DNA of 64,000 nucleotides from a bacterium (GCA_031362805.1 JANLTG010000034.1:5553-69552); one strand, 5' to 3'; positions 8,902 to 18,974 are shown, counted from the first letter of the stretch. Numbers and translations: made by a program. Notes: generated by a model not told the origin, from the letters alone.

Positions 8902-9570
8902 ATGCACATGAATTGTGCCCTTGATCGTCGGCTCGGAATCTCATTCGTTGAGCTTCTCTGCGCCGTGGCCGTCGTCTCCATGGTGACCGTCGTAACCGTT
9001 GCGCGTCTGAATATTCAAGCGGAGTACAACCAGGTGCGCTGCACTCATCACCTCAAGGAAACCAGTCTTGCCTTCCAGCAGTTCGCCAATGACAACGCCG
9101 ATCGGTATCCCATGAAAGTCTCACGAACTTTCGGCGGCGCCCGCGAGGCCGCTGCCGAAGGCCAGGTCGCCGGCGTCTTCGCGGTGTTGGCCGACTACCA
9201 CGCCAAGCCGGAGCACCTCGTCTGCCCCGGGGACACGCGTTCCGGGGCGCTGACCATGCCGGCGGTGATGGCGGAAAATCTCAGCTACTTCGTCAATTTG
9301 GACGCCGACCGTTCGCGGCCCACGTCGCCGCTGCTGGGCGATCGGGACCTGACCAATCCGGGCGCAAACGGAACCGGAGCGGTGCTGCTGTCTGGGCTGC
9401 AAGTGGCAAGCGACGATTTAATGGAACCAGCCTGGAGTGGAACCTTGCATCGCGACGCCGGTCAGCTCGCGCTAGTGGACGGTTCCGTGGCGCAACTCGC
9501 CGGCAGCTCACTGCGTGATGCGTTGCGGCCAGCAGGTCAATCCCCGGTCCGGCTGCTCTTTCCGCAATAG
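8902..9570 (+). CDS. Pilin-like (degenerate prepilin N-terminus) H-X9-DG protein, paralogue of the next gene
   Basis: The track ORF is 8746-9570. The ATG at 8902 gives MHMNCALDRRLG/ISFVELLCAVAVVS, with Gly at -1 and Glu at +5 kept. The C-terminal HRDAGQLALVDGSV is an H-X9-DG motif. CTHHLKETSLAFQQFANDNADRYPMKV...GGAREA aligns by eye with [27 protein letters not shown]...GGAREA in the next gene. Confidence 0.6.
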   Translation: MHMNCALDRRLGISFVELLCAVAVVSMVTVVTVARLNIQAEYNQVRCTHHLKETSLAFQQFANDNADRYPMKVSRTFGGAREAAAEGQVAGVFAVLADYHAKPEHLVCPGDTRSGALTMPAVMAENLSYFVNLDADRSRPTSPLLGDRDLTNPGANGTGAVLLSGLQVASDDLMEPAWSGTLHRDAGQLALVDGSVAQLAGSSLRDALRPAGQSPVRLLFPQ

Positions 9571-9666
9571 CAGGTTCGCGGGCTGCGAGTCCGGACTCCC
9601 ATTTGCCCTTCGGGCGGATTTGCATTAGGGAAATGGGGCACCTGACGATCGAGCGTGATGGATTCC

Positions 9667-10935
9667 ATGAACCGCACCCGGGCATTCACTTTGATCGAGT
9701 TGCTGGTGGTCATCGCGATCATCGGCATCCTCGCCGCGCTGTTGTTGCCCGCCCTCAGTCGCAGCCTGCGCCAGGCGGATCGCGTTCACTGCCTGAACAA
9801 CCTGCGCCAGATCGGCATTTCGTTCCAGCAATTCGCTGATGATCATCGCAATCGCTTTCCGATGCAGGTGGCCGCAGCCGAGGGCGGCGCCCGCGAAGCC
9901 ACCGAGTCGGCCCGGGACCGGACCGGTTTCTTCGTAAATGCCGTGGAAAACTTCATCGCGGTCGAGCGCGAACTGGTGACGCCGAAGCTGCTGGTGTGTC
10001 GCGCGGACCGGCGTGCCGCCGGGGAGAATTTTGAAAGCCTGCACGCGGATCAAGTGAGCTACCTCGTCGCGTCGAACGCCTTGCCGGGCAGCTCCCTTTC
10101 CGTGCTGGCGGCCGATCGCAACTTCGAGGAGTTGCGACCCGCCGCCGGTGCGGGTGACACCAACGTGGCGCTGGTCTTCGGTGCGACCATGCACCAACGA
10201 CGCGGCAACGTGCTGCTGGCGGACGGCCGGGTCGAATGGTTGCGCGGCTTGGGGACGCCGCAGCTCGTCGTGGATACATCAACCGGCTCATCTGGAAATC
10301 CGCCGACTGCGAATCAACCACCCCAAACAAACCCGAGGCCAGCGACCCCGGAGAATCAGCCGCCCCAAACGTCGCCACCTGCGGGCGTGACGGGAAATCA
10401 AACCCCGCGATCGGGATTGCCGCCGGCCATTGCCGCTCCCCAACCGACGGAACCAGCAACCAACGTGTCCGCGCAGCCCGTGATTCCGCCGCCGGATGCC
10501 CAATCAATGCCCGCGCCGATCGCGTTCATCCCGGTGCGTCCGACCGACGATGCCGGGCGCACCAACTGGTGGTGGCTGCTCCTGTTGCTGGCGGTCGCCG
10601 TCTGGTGGTATCTGCGAAGGCGCGGGGAAGACGAAGCAGTGCCGGCGACACGGGGCGCGCCCGGCGGCGTGGTTTTGCGAAATGCTGTGGCGGCCACGGG
10701 CACACTGGCGCAGTCTGCCGGCGTGAAACAGTTCTTCACCGGTGCGGCGATCAATGCGGACCTGCTGGTAACCATGCTCGAAAAGCACGGCATTGCCGCC
10801 CGGCAGGAATTCGCGCGCCCGGAGCTTCGTGACTACGAGGACGAGTTCAGCCGCGAGGCCAGCGTGTTCGTGCCGGAGGCGGACTACGACCGCGCCCATC
10901 AACTCTTCTACGCCGAGCGGCAGGATGAACTTTAA
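9667..10935 (+). CDS. Prepilin-type N-terminal methylation-domain / H-X9-DG protein fused to a Pro-rich linker, a second TM helix and a DUF2007-like C-terminal domain
   Basis: The ATG at 9667 gives [30 protein letters not shown], a canonical class III signal and pilin helix. [14 protein letters not shown] is an H-X9-DG motif. About 90 aa are P/T/Q-rich. [17 protein letters not shown] is a TM helix (nt about 10561-10613). The last 75 aa or so ([30 protein letters not shown]...[16 protein letters not shown]) look like DUF2007. Confidence 0.75.
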   Translation: MNRTRAFTLIELLVVIAIIGILAALLLPALSRSLRQADRVHCLNNLRQIGISFQQFADDHRNRFPMQVAAAEGGAREATESARDRTGFFVNAVENFIAVERELVTPKLLVCRADRRAAGENFESLHADQVSYLVASNALPGSSLSVLAADRNFEELRPAAGAGDTNVALVFGATMHQRRGNVLLADGRVEWLRGLGTPQLVVDTSTGSSGNPPTANQPPQTNPRPATPENQPPQTSPPAGVTGNQTPRSGLPPAIAAPQPTEPATNVSAQPVIPPPDAQSMPAPIAFIPVRPTDDAGRTNWWWLLLLLAVAVWWYLRRRGEDEAVPATRGAPGGVVLRNAVAATGTLAQSAGVKQFFTGAAINADLLVTMLEKHGIAARQEFARPELRDYEDEFSREASVFVPEADYDRAHQLFYAERQDEL

Positions 10936-12116
10936 GCGCGCGGCAGGATCAAGAGATCGGCCGGGCGAATGTGGAGTTCCAGTTCGGCGCCCACTTCACG
11001 AATCTCCCGCGGATTCTGCTCGAACACCTTGAACTTCGTGCCGTCGTTCAGCGCGAGTTCGTACTGTTCACTCTCGCCGAGGTAGCTGACGTGGGTGATC
11101 CGTGCGGAGAAATGGCTGGCCGCGCCGCGCCCGATGATCACCGCCCCCGGTCGAAATCCCAGCCAGACACGCAGGCCTGGTTTCAAGCCCGTGCCCACCC
11201 CGGCGGCGAAATTTCCAGCGGCAGTATTGATGATCGCGTTTTCGGAGCCGGCACTCAGCACTTCGCCGGCGAGCCAGTTCGATTCGCCAATGAAGTCGGC
11301 CACGAAGCGATTCGCCGGCCGACGATAAACTTCGCGCGGGGCACCAATCTGTTCAATCACGCCATCGCGCAACACGGCCAGGCGATCGGCGAGCGACAGC
11401 GCCTCCTTCTGATCGTGCGTCACGTAGATCGTCGTGATCTTGGTCTCAGCGTGAATGCGGCGAATCTCCTCGCGCAGCTCGAGCCGCAACCGGGCGTCGA
11501 GATTCGAGAGGGGTTCGTCAAGCAGCAGCAGATCGGGCTTGATCACCAACGCGCGGGCGAGGGCGACGCGTTGTTGCTGGCCACCAGAAAGCTGGTTCGG
11601 TGAGCGCGCTGCGTAGTCCGCCATGCGCACGGTCGCCAGCGCCTCATCAATCCGAGCTTTGCGCTCGGCGGCGGGAACCTTCCGCACATCGAGGCCATAG
11701 GCGACGTTTTCGGCAACCGTCATGTGCGGCCAGAGCGCGTAATTCTGAAACACCATGCCGGTGTTGCGTTCGTGCGGCGGCACGCCGTTCATCGTGCGAT
11801 CACCGAAATGAATCTGACCGCCGTCGGGCTGATAGAAACCCGCCAGTGTGCGCAGAAGCGTGGTCTTGCCGCAGCCGGAGGGCCCCAGCAGGAAATACAG
11901 CTCCTGCGATTCGACCGTGAGCGAGACCGCGCGCAAGACGGTTGTGTCGCCGAAGCGTTTGACCAGGTTGTTAACAGTGACCCGCACGCCGGAATGGAAA
12001 GCGAGATTCGGCGCGGATGGCGAGCCCCGGCTTGGGCAAAAGTTTGAGTCGTCGTTCAGGAGCGAATCTGATCCGCTTGGCGTGACCCGTTGTTGCCATG
12101 CGTCGAAAGCAGCCAA
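10932..12116 (-). CDS. ABC transporter ATP-binding protein (PotA/FbpC/CysA-like, with a TOBE-like C-terminus). No cognate permease or binding protein is adjacent.
   Basis: Walker [11 protein letters not shown]-loop [13 protein letters not shown], signature [15 protein letters not shown], Walker [11 protein letters not shown]-loop IYVTHDQ. The long ORF start (12116) overlaps the GNAT gene. An in-frame GTG at 11987 ([13 protein letters not shown]) is a more typical start. Confidence 0.9.
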   Translation of the reverse strand: MAAFDAWQQRVTPSGSDSLLNDDSNFCPSRGSPSAPNLAFHSGVRVTVNNLVKRFGDTTVLRAVSLTVESQELYFLLGPSGCGKTTLLRTLAGFYQPDGGQIHFGDRTMNGVPPHERNTGMVFQNYALWPHMTVAENVAYGLDVRKVPAAERKARIDEALATVRMADYAARSPNQLSGGQQQRVALARALVIKPDLLLLDEPLSNLDARLRLELREEIRRIHAETKITTIYVTHDQKEALSLADRLAVLRDGVIEQIGAPREVYRRPANRFVADFIGESNWLAGEVLSAGSENAIINTAAGNFAAGVGTGLKPGLRVWLGFRPGAVIIGRGAASHFSARITHVSYLGESEQYELALNDGTKFKVFEQNPREIREVGAELELHIRPADLLILPRA

Positions 12117-12580
12117 GCATCATTGCGGCAAAGTCAGCCGCACAACTCGACCGCATCCGTGTCTTGTTCCGTGAATACCAACGCAGCGTCGATGCACCGA
12201 TCTGCTTTGCGACTTTCGAGCGCGAAGTGACTGGTTTGCCGGGCGAATACGCCGATCCCAAGGGCTGCCTGCTGCTCGCCGACGCGGCCGGTCGCGACAT
12301 TGGCTGCGTTGGGTTGCGTCCGCTCGAGAACGATTCATCGGCGGCCGAATTGAAACGGCTATATGTCCGACCCGATGCACGCCGCTTCGGTGTCGCGCGC
12401 GCACTGGTGACGGCGGCGATCGAATTCGCGCGCAGGGCCGGCTATCAGCGCCTGCAACTCGGCACGCTCGAGACGATGCAAGCGGCTCAGCGGCTCTATT
12501 TGTCGATGGGTTTTCAGATCATCCCGCTGCCGGAGAGTCACCTGCGCGATCACCCCATGCTCATGGAATTGAAGCTGTGA
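12098..12580 (+). CDS. GNAT-family N-acetyltransferase
   Basis: 160-aa ORF. The acetyl-CoA binding core is LYVRPDARRFGVARALVTAAIEFARRAGYQRLQLGT ... AQRLYLSMGF. Confidence 0.8.
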   Translation: MRRKQPSIIAAKSAAQLDRIRVLFREYQRSVDAPICFATFEREVTGLPGEYADPKGCLLLADAAGRDIGCVGLRPLENDSSAAELKRLYVRPDARRFGVARALVTAAIEFARRAGYQRLQLGTLETMQAAQRLYLSMGFQIIPLPESHLRDHPMLMELKL

Positions 12581-12584
12581 TTGT

Positions 12585-14357
12585 TTGGACCGTCCGGCTA
12601 GCCTCGTCAGCATGAACTCCCGCCAGACGAAAACCGAAAGCCGAAGTCCGATCTCCGAACCAAACCCGAATGCCGTAATCTGCTCCGGCCTCTCGCGATC
12701 GGTTTCGCCTTTCGGCTTTTGGAATTGGTTCGGTTTTCGGTTTTCGGTTCTCGGGCCTCTCGCGCTCGCATTGCTGCTTTCCCCCGTTGTCCTCACGGCG
12801 GCGGTTCACACTAACCTGGTCGCCATGCGCGATGGCGTAAAGCTCGCCACCGACGTCTATCTGCCCGACGGCGACGGCCCGTGGCCGGTGGTCTTTCTGC
12901 GGTTCCCCTACAACAAAGCGCTCGGCGCGGGTGTCGGACCGGATGCCAACAAGCGCGGTTACGCATTCGTGGCGCAGGACACGCGCGGGCGGTTTGCATC
13001 CGAGGGCGAGAACCTGCCGTTCGACGCCGACGGCCGTGCGGATGGGAAGTGGGACGGCCACGATTCAGCTGATTGGATCGCGAAGCAGCCGTGGTGCAAC
13101 GGCAAGATCGGAACGTGGGGTGGCTCGGCGGGCGCGATCACGCAGTACCTGCTCGCCGGCACGGGGCAGTCAAATGTCGTGAGCCAGCATCTGACCGTCG
13201 GCACCGCGAGCTTGTTTCAGGAAAGCATGTATCGCGGCGGCATCTTCCGCAAGGCGCTCGTCGAAGACTGGCTCAAGGCCACCAAGTTTGAGAGCTACGC
13301 GCTGGATCGGTGGACGACGAATTATCCTTATGGCCAATACTGGAAGGATCGCGAGATCACGGCGAACTTTGGGAAGATCAACGCGGCGGGCGTCCACCTC
13401 GGCGGTTGGTTCGACATCTTTGCGCAGGCGACGGTTGATGCGTTCGTTGGCTACCAGACGCAGGGTGGGGCGGGGGCCAAGGGCAAACAAAAGCTGATCA
13501 TGGGCCCGTGGACGCATGGCGTGCTGCAGGACAAGGCGGGCGACCTGAACTTCCCCGGTGCCAAGACGACGCCCGGCGAGGTGCATGATTCATGGAAATG
13601 GTTTGCGGCCACGCTCAAGGGCGAAACCAACGGCCTCGCCGAGGCGCCCGCTGTCACCTATTACGTCATGGGTGCGATGGGCGAAGCTGGTGCACCCGGC
13701 AACGAATGGCGCACGTCCGATCGTTGGCCGCCCGTGAAGACAGCCCCGCGCACGTTGTATCTGCACAGCGATCGGGTGGCTTCGTTTACTGGGCCCGAAA
13801 GCGCCGGCTCGGCGAGTTACGTCAGCGATCCGGCGAATCCTGTGCCCGCGGTCGGAGGTTACGAACTCACGATCCCTGCCGGCCCGAAGGATCAACAGAC
13901 CATCGAATCACGGCCCGACGTGTTGGTCTTCACTTCAGCGCCGCTCGATGCGCCGCTGGAGGTCACGGGCAATGTGGTCGCCCGGATTCAGCTCGCCAGC
14001 GACGCCCCGGATACCGACTTGATCGTTCGCCTCTGCGATGTCTATCCGGACGGCCGGTCGTTCAACATCTGCGAAGGCGCTTTGCGTTTGCGCTTTCGGG
14101 AAGGTTTGGATCGCGAAGTCTGGCTGAAGGCCGCTGAATCGGTGCAAGTCGAAGTCAGCCTGTGGCCGACGAGCCTGGTGTTCAATCGCGGCCACCGGTT
14201 GCGCGTGCATGTGGCTTCCACAAGTTCGCCGGCCTTGGAACCCAATCTTCAAAACGGCCAGCGGCCGCGAACGGGCGAGCCGCGCATCGCCAACAACCGT
14301 GTCAGCTTCGGCAATTCAGGCAGTCTGCTGGTGCTGCCCGTGGCACCTGCGAAGTAA
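12585..14357 (+). CDS. CocE/NonD-family hydrolase (X-Pro dipeptidyl-peptidase S15 family), probably secreted
   Basis: VAMRDGVKLATDVYLPDG...PVVFLRFPYNK, AQDTRGRFASEGE, CNGKIGTWGGSAGAITQ (nucleophile elbow GxSxG), and a C-terminal beta-sandwich. The start is uncertain (12585, or the ATG at 12612). The first 45 codons or so run through the heptamer inverted repeat and translate to an implausible peptide ahead of the hydrophobic LGPLALALLLSPVVLTAAV. Confidence 0.8.
   Translation: MDRPASLVSMNSRQTKTESRSPISEPNPNAVICSGLSRSVSPFGFWNWFGFRFSVLGPLALALLLSPVVLTAAVHTNLVAMRDGVKLATDVYLPDGDGPWPVVFLRFPYNKALGAGVGPDANKRGYAFVAQDTRGRFASEGENLPFDADGRADGKWDGHDSADWIAKQPWCNGKIGTWGGSAGAITQYLLAGTGQSNVVSQHLTVGTASLFQESMYRGGIFRKALVEDWLKATKFESYALDRWTTNYPYGQYWKDREITANFGKINAAGVHLGGWFDIFAQATVDAFVGYQTQGGAGAKGKQKLIMGPWTHGVLQDKAGDLNFPGAKTTPGEVHDSWKWFAATLKGETNGLAEAPAVTYYVMGAMGEAGAPGNEWRTSDRWPPVKTAPRTLYLHSDRVASFTGPESAGSASYVSDPANPVPAVGGYELTIPAGPKDQQTIESRPDVLVFTSAPLDAPLEVTGNVVARIQLASDAPDTDLIVRLCDVYPDGRSFNICEGALRLRFREGLDREVWLKAAESVQVEVSLWPTSLVFNRGHRLRVHVASTSSPALEPNLQNGQRPRTGEPRIANNRVSFGNSGSLLVLPVAPAK
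12628..12754. repeat. Heptamer-periodic inverted repeat (CGAAAAC-type units on the left, their complement CGGTTTT on the right)
   Basis: Left arm: cgaaaac cgaaagc cgaagtc cgatctc cgaacca. Right arm: cggtttc gcctttc ggctttt ... cggtttt cggtttt cggttct. Positions 12628-12643 are complementary to 12732-12747 at 15 of 16 positions (hand alignment). It lies in the putative 5' region of the CocE/NonD ORF. Confidence 0.6.
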
Positions 14358-14363
14358 GCCGCG

Positions 14364-14861
14364 TCAACCGCGCGGAGATTTCTCGGCCGCTGCCAGGCAC
14401 GCATCCGCCACGGCATTCAACTGGGAGAGGAACCCTTCGCGTTCCGCGGCCGGAACGGATTGCATCACGGCTTCCTGCAATTCGACCGCCACGCGCCGGG
14501 CCTCGGTGTAGCGTTTGCGGCCTGTGGCATTGATCTTCAGCCGATAGGCGCGGCGGTCCTCGGCATCGGGGGCCCGATCGATCAAGCCCGCCTTGTTCAT
14601 GCGATCCACCAGCGAGGCGATGGTGTTCGGGTCGCTGCTCATCTGCGCGGTGAGCTCGCTCTGGATCAGGCCGGTCCGGCCGGCTTCGCTGAGATTGCGC
14701 AGGGCGGTGAACTGATCAGGCGTCAGTCCCGTGTGCAGTATCTGCCGGCGGAACGCCTGGTTCAGCCCGTACCAGGCGCGACGCAGCAGGGGTGGCAGGC
14801 GCCGGCGGTCGGGCGAATCGACGGGCAGTTCAACAACGGCGGTGGGGCGGCGGGGGGGCAT
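14364..14861 (-). CDS. MarR-family transcriptional regulator
   Basis: 165-aa ORF. The winged-HTH core is LTPDQFTALRNLSEAGRTGLIQSELTAQMSSDPNTIASLVDRMNKAGLIDRAPDAEDRRAYRLKINATG. Confidence 0.85.
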   Translation of the reverse strand: MPPRRPTAVVELPVDSPDRRRLPPLLRRAWYGLNQAFRRQILHTGLTPDQFTALRNLSEAGRTGLIQSELTAQMSSDPNTIASLVDRMNKAGLIDRAPDAEDRRAYRLKINATGRKRYTEARRVAVELQEAVMQSVPAAEREGFLSQLNAVADACLAAAEKSPRG

Positions 14862-15002
14862 TCTGTAGGGCGCGGCACTTATTACGTGTAAGTACTAAAT
14901 CTATTTGCCACGCGGCGGAAGGTGTAGAATAGTCGGCGCACTTCGGGAAGCAAAAAGGCCAGCGGTTAGCCTGCCTGCTGCCGGAGCACACCCTGCGAGT
15001 TT

Positions 15003-17354
15003 ATGAAACGGATTTGCCAATTGAGCCTGATCATCACCGGCCTGTCGGTCGGCGCGTTCCCGGCGGTTGCAGTCGACGGCTGGTTAAGCTGGCGCGGCCC
15101 CGAGCAGATGAGTTTCTCCCACGAAACCGCGCTGCCCACGAAGGTGGACCCCAAGACCGCGCTCTGGACGGCTGATTTTCCCGGGCAATCGGCGCCCGTC
15201 ATCGCCAATGGCCGGCTCTACATCAATGGTTACCAGGGCGACGGCCCGGACTTGCAGGAGTTCATCGCCTGCTTCGACGCCGACACCGGCAAGCTGATCT
15301 GGAAACAAGGTTTCAGCGATTTCCTCAGCGACACGATTTATCTGCGCTACGCAACGTCGAGCCCGACGATTGATCCGGAGACGGGCAACGTCTATGTGCA
15401 GAGCACCCAGGGTTTGTTCACGTGCTACACGGCTGACGGCAAATTGCTCTGGCAACACTCGATGATGGAAGAGTTCGGCCGGCTGACTTTTCCGAACTCC
15501 CGCACGGCCTCACCGGTCGTGGACAAGGATCTGGTCATCACCCGCGGCATCACCTCGGCCTGGGGTGCGCACGGTGCGGCGGGTGACCGGTTTTACGCCT
15601 TCGACAAGAAGTCCGGTGAGCTCGTCTGGTCCTCGGCACCTGGTGGCCGGCCGCAGGACAACACGTTTTCGAATCCCTACCTTGATTTCTGGAATGGCAA
15701 GCGCGTGCTCTACTCCGCCGGCGGCGACAGCACGATCCTGGCGATCAACGCCCGCACGGGTGAACCGATCTGGCGCTTCTCGTTCGCCAAGGCCGGCGCG
15801 AAGGGCGGCATCAACGCGGCGCTCGTCCGCCACAAGGACAACCTGATCGCGGTTCACGAATCCGAAAACCTCGACGCCACGGAGATCGGCCGGCTCGCGG
15901 CCTTCCGGATTCCGATGACGGCGTCGCCTTCCAACTCCGTGACGCCGCAGGTGTTCGCTGCGAAGGAACTCGAAGTCTGGCGGCAGCCGGCGGTTGGCTC
16001 GCTCGCCAGTTCACCGATTGTCGTGGGGGACATCATCTATGAAGTGACCGGCACGGGCGAACTGGCGGCCGTGAACGCGAACACCGGCGAGCTCCTGTGG
16101 ACGAAGAAGCTCGGCATCGAGCAACGCCAGAGCACGCCCTTTTACGCCAATGGCCTGCTTTACCTCGCGATGTACGTCTCGCCGAAGGAAGGCGCGGCCG
16201 GCGCCGATGCCGACTCCGGCAATACCAGCGAGTTCTATGTGATCAAGCCCGGCCCGACCGATGGCGAGATTGTCAGTCAGGCAACCCTGGACGGAAAGGC
16301 CTACGGCTCACCCGTCGGCTATAACGGCAAGCTCTACATGCAGACCGACCGCAAGCTGTATTGCTTCGGCAAAGCGGGTGCGAGTGCGGTCGGTCCCAAG
16401 GCCCCCGCGCTGGCAGCGTGGCCGGCGCCCGGTTCGAAAACGCAGTTGCAGATCATCCCGTACGAAGTGCTGATCAAGCCCGGGCAGCAGCAGGCTTTCC
16501 GCATTCGCGCGCTTGATGCCAATGGTTTCACCGTCGAAGAGAACGTCGATCCGAAGTCGGTGAAGTGGGAGTCCTTTATCCCGCCAACGGCGTTGGTGAA
16601 GGTGACGATGAAAGGCGCGTTCAACGCCGACGGGCAACTGGTCGCCGAAGCCGCACCGGTCCCCAGCGCTGGGCAGTTCAAGGCCACGCTCGGCAACTTG
16701 ACGGGCTACATCAAGGGCCGGGTGCTGCCTGACCTGCCGATCAAGCAGGATTTCGAGACCTTCGAGTTGAGCAACACGACCACGAATGCTTTCGAGCCGC
16801 CGACCGCCTTCGCCTACCCGCCCTTGCCGTGGAATAGCGCGCGGTTCCGCTTCGAAGTGCGCGACAAGGAAGTGGCCGGGGTGAAGACCAAGGCGTTGAC
16901 GAAGACGATCGACAACAAATTATTCCAGCGCGGCCAGGTGTTCTTCGGTCATCCGACGATGAAGAATTACACCATCGAGGCCGACGTGCTCAGCGAAGGC
17001 AACCGACGCAAGATGTCCGAGGTTGGCGTCATCAACCAACGCTACATCGTGATCTTGAAAGGCAATTCCCAGGAGCTCGAGGTGAACTCGAACCAGGAGC
17101 GCATCAAGACTGCGGTGCCGTTCAAGTGGGCGCCGAACGAGTGGTACCACTTGAAAGCGCGGGTCGATGTCACAGCCGACGGCTCGGGAGTGGTACGCGC
17201 CAAGGCGTGGAAGAAGGGCGACGCCGAGCCGGACGCCTGGACCATCGAAGTGCCCCACAAGAACGCCCACGCCCACGGCTCGCCCGGCTTGTTCGGCTTT
17301 TCCCCGCAGGAACAGCGTGTGAGCATCGACAACATCTCGGTGACGGCCAATTAA
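15003..17354 (+). CDS. Secreted PQQ-like beta-propeller repeat protein with a C-terminal lectin/glucanase-like (DUF1080-like) domain
   Basis: Signal peptide MKRICQLSLIITGLSVGAFPAVA. DGWLSWRGP is followed by repeated propeller blades (PVIANGRLYING, LFTCYTADGKLLW, PIVVGDIIYEVTG...). The last 200 aa or so (YTIEADVLSEG...WYHLKARVD...VSIDNISV) resemble the DUF1080/concanavalin-like fold. Confidence 0.75.
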   Translation: MKRICQLSLIITGLSVGAFPAVAVDGWLSWRGPEQMSFSHETALPTKVDPKTALWTADFPGQSAPVIANGRLYINGYQGDGPDLQEFIACFDADTGKLIWKQGFSDFLSDTIYLRYATSSPTIDPETGNVYVQSTQGLFTCYTADGKLLWQHSMMEEFGRLTFPNSRTASPVVDKDLVITRGITSAWGAHGAAGDRFYAFDKKSGELVWSSAPGGRPQDNTFSNPYLDFWNGKRVLYSAGGDSTILAINARTGEPIWRFSFAKAGAKGGINAALVRHKDNLIAVHESENLDATEIGRLAAFRIPMTASPSNSVTPQVFAAKELEVWRQPAVGSLASSPIVVGDIIYEVTGTGELAAVNANTGELLWTKKLGIEQRQSTPFYANGLLYLAMYVSPKEGAAGADADSGNTSEFYVIKPGPTDGEIVSQATLDGKAYGSPVGYNGKLYMQTDRKLYCFGKAGASAVGPKAPALAAWPAPGSKTQLQIIPYEVLIKPGQQQAFRIRALDANGFTVEENVDPKSVKWESFIPPTALVKVTMKGAFNADGQLVAEAAPVPSAGQFKATLGNLTGYIKGRVLPDLPIKQDFETFELSNTTTNAFEPPTAFAYPPLPWNSARFRFEVRDKEVAGVKTKALTKTIDNKLFQRGQVFFGHPTMKNYTIEADVLSEGNRRKMSEVGVINQRYIVILKGNSQELEVNSNQERIKTAVPFKWAPNEWYHLKARVDVTADGSGVVRAKAWKKGDAEPDAWTIEVPHKNAHAHGSPGLFGFSPQEQRVSIDNISVTAN

Positions 17355-17381
17355 TTCCCCCACTTCGATTCATTCCCCAGC

Positions 17382-18974
17382 ATGAAAACACTCCCTCTCC
17401 TGACCGCTGCGCTGCTTGCCGGCGGCCTCATTACTCACGCCGAAGACTGGCCCCAGTGGGGCGGCAACGATCCCGGCCGCAACATGTATTCACCGGCGAA
17501 AGGCCTGCCGGACAAGTTCGAGGTCGGCAAATACAAGCGCGGCACCGAGGAAGTGGACATGGCCACCACCAAGAACGTGAAATGGGCCGCCAAGCTCGGT
17601 TCGCAGACCTACGGCAATCCCGTCGTCTCCCAGGGCAAGGTGCTCGTGGGCACGAACAACGAGTCGCCGCGCGATCCGCAACACGCCGGTGACCGCAGCG
17701 TGCTCTATTGCCTCGACGAGAAGACCGGCGATTTCCTCTGGCAACTCGTGGTGCCCAAGCTCGCTTCTGGCAAGGTGAACGACTGGGAAAACCTCGGCTT
17801 GATGTCCGCGCCGCGCATCGAAGGCAATCGCGCCTACCTCGTCACCACCCGTTGCGAAGTCATCTGCATCGACCTGAATGGCCAGCTCGACGGCAACCAG
17901 GGTTTTCAGGACGAGGCGCAGTACGTCGTCGGACCCGGCAATCCGCCGGCCAAGATCGGGCCGAAGGACGCCGACATTATCTGGGTCTACGACATGATGA
18001 ACGAGCTGGGTGTGTTCCCGCACAATGCATCGAACAGCTCGCCGATCGTCATCGGCGACCTCGTTTATGTCTGCACCTCAAACGGCCAGGACTGGACGCA
18101 CGTCAACATCCCTTCGCCGCTGTCGCCCAGCTTCATCGCTGTGCACAAGGAAACCGGCAAGCTGGCGGGCGAAGATGACGCCGGCATCTCGAAGCGAATT
18201 TTCCACGGCCAATGGTCCTCGCCCTCCGCTGGTGTGGTGAACGGCAAGCCCGTGGTCTTTTTCGGCGGCGGCGACGGCTTCGTCTATGCCTTCGATCCCA
18301 AGCCGGTGCGCGACGAGAAGGAAGACGTGGACTTCCTCAAGACGGTTTTCAAGGCGGACCTCAACCCGCCCGAGTACAAGATGAAGGACGGCAAGCCGAT
18401 CAAGTATCCGGACGCCGAAGGCCCGAATGAGATCAACAGCACGCCCGTCTTCTACAAGAACCGGGTGTACGTCGCGAGCGGCCAGGACCCGGAACATGGC
18501 GAGGGCATCGGCCGCTTGATCTGCCTGGATGCGACCAAGACCGGTGACCTCACCACCGCGGGCGTGATCTGGGAGTACCGCGGTATTCACCGCACCATTT
18601 CGTCGGTGTCGATCGACCCGGCGACGGATCTGTTGTTCATCGCCGACTTCTCCGGCTTCGTGCATTGCCTCGATGCCAACACCGGAAAGGAATACTGGAA
18701 GCACGACATGAAAGCGCACATGTGGGGCTCGACGTTTCTGGCGGACGGCAAGGTTTACGTGGGCGACGAGGACGGCGACTTCGTGATTCTCGCGGCGACG
18801 AAAGAGAAGAAACTCATCAGCGAAACCAATCTCGGCTCGCCGATTTATTCCACGCCGATCGTAGCCAATGGTGTCATGTATGTCGGCACGCAGACGCACT
18901 TGTTTACGGTGCATGACTCGGCGAAAGCGTCGCTCACGGCGGATCAACCACCGACGGTCGAAGTCAAGAAGTAG
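17382..18974 (+). CDS. Secreted PQQ-like beta-propeller repeat protein
   Basis: Signal peptide MKTLPLLTAALLAGGLITHA. EDWPQWGGNDPGRNM is followed by propeller-blade repeats (PVVSQGKVLVGT, DFLWQLVVP, PIVIGDLVYVCT, PVFYKNRVYVASG, PIVANGVMYVGT). Confidence 0.75.
   Translation: MKTLPLLTAALLAGGLITHAEDWPQWGGNDPGRNMYSPAKGLPDKFEVGKYKRGTEEVDMATTKNVKWAAKLGSQTYGNPVVSQGKVLVGTNNESPRDPQHAGDRSVLYCLDEKTGDFLWQLVVPKLASGKVNDWENLGLMSAPRIEGNRAYLVTTRCEVICIDLNGQLDGNQGFQDEAQYVVGPGNPPAKIGPKDADIIWVYDMMNELGVFPHNASNSSPIVIGDLVYVCTSNGQDWTHVNIPSPLSPSFIAVHKETGKLAGEDDAGISKRIFHGQWSSPSAGVVNGKPVVFFGGGDGFVYAFDPKPVRDEKEDVDFLKTVFKADLNPPEYKMKDGKPIKYPDAEGPNEINSTPVFYKNRVYVASGQDPEHGEGIGRLICLDATKTGDLTTAGVIWEYRGIHRTISSVSIDPATDLLFIADFSGFVHCLDANTGKEYWKHDMKAHMWGSTFLADGKVYVGDEDGDFVILAATKEKKLISETNLGSPIYSTPIVANGVMYVGTQTHLFTVHDSAKASLTADQPPTVEVKK

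Noticed and set aside
7919-8911. 330-aa plus-strand ORF
   Set aside because: It is antisense to the RDD-family gene, with His/Arg/Gly-rich nonsense composition.
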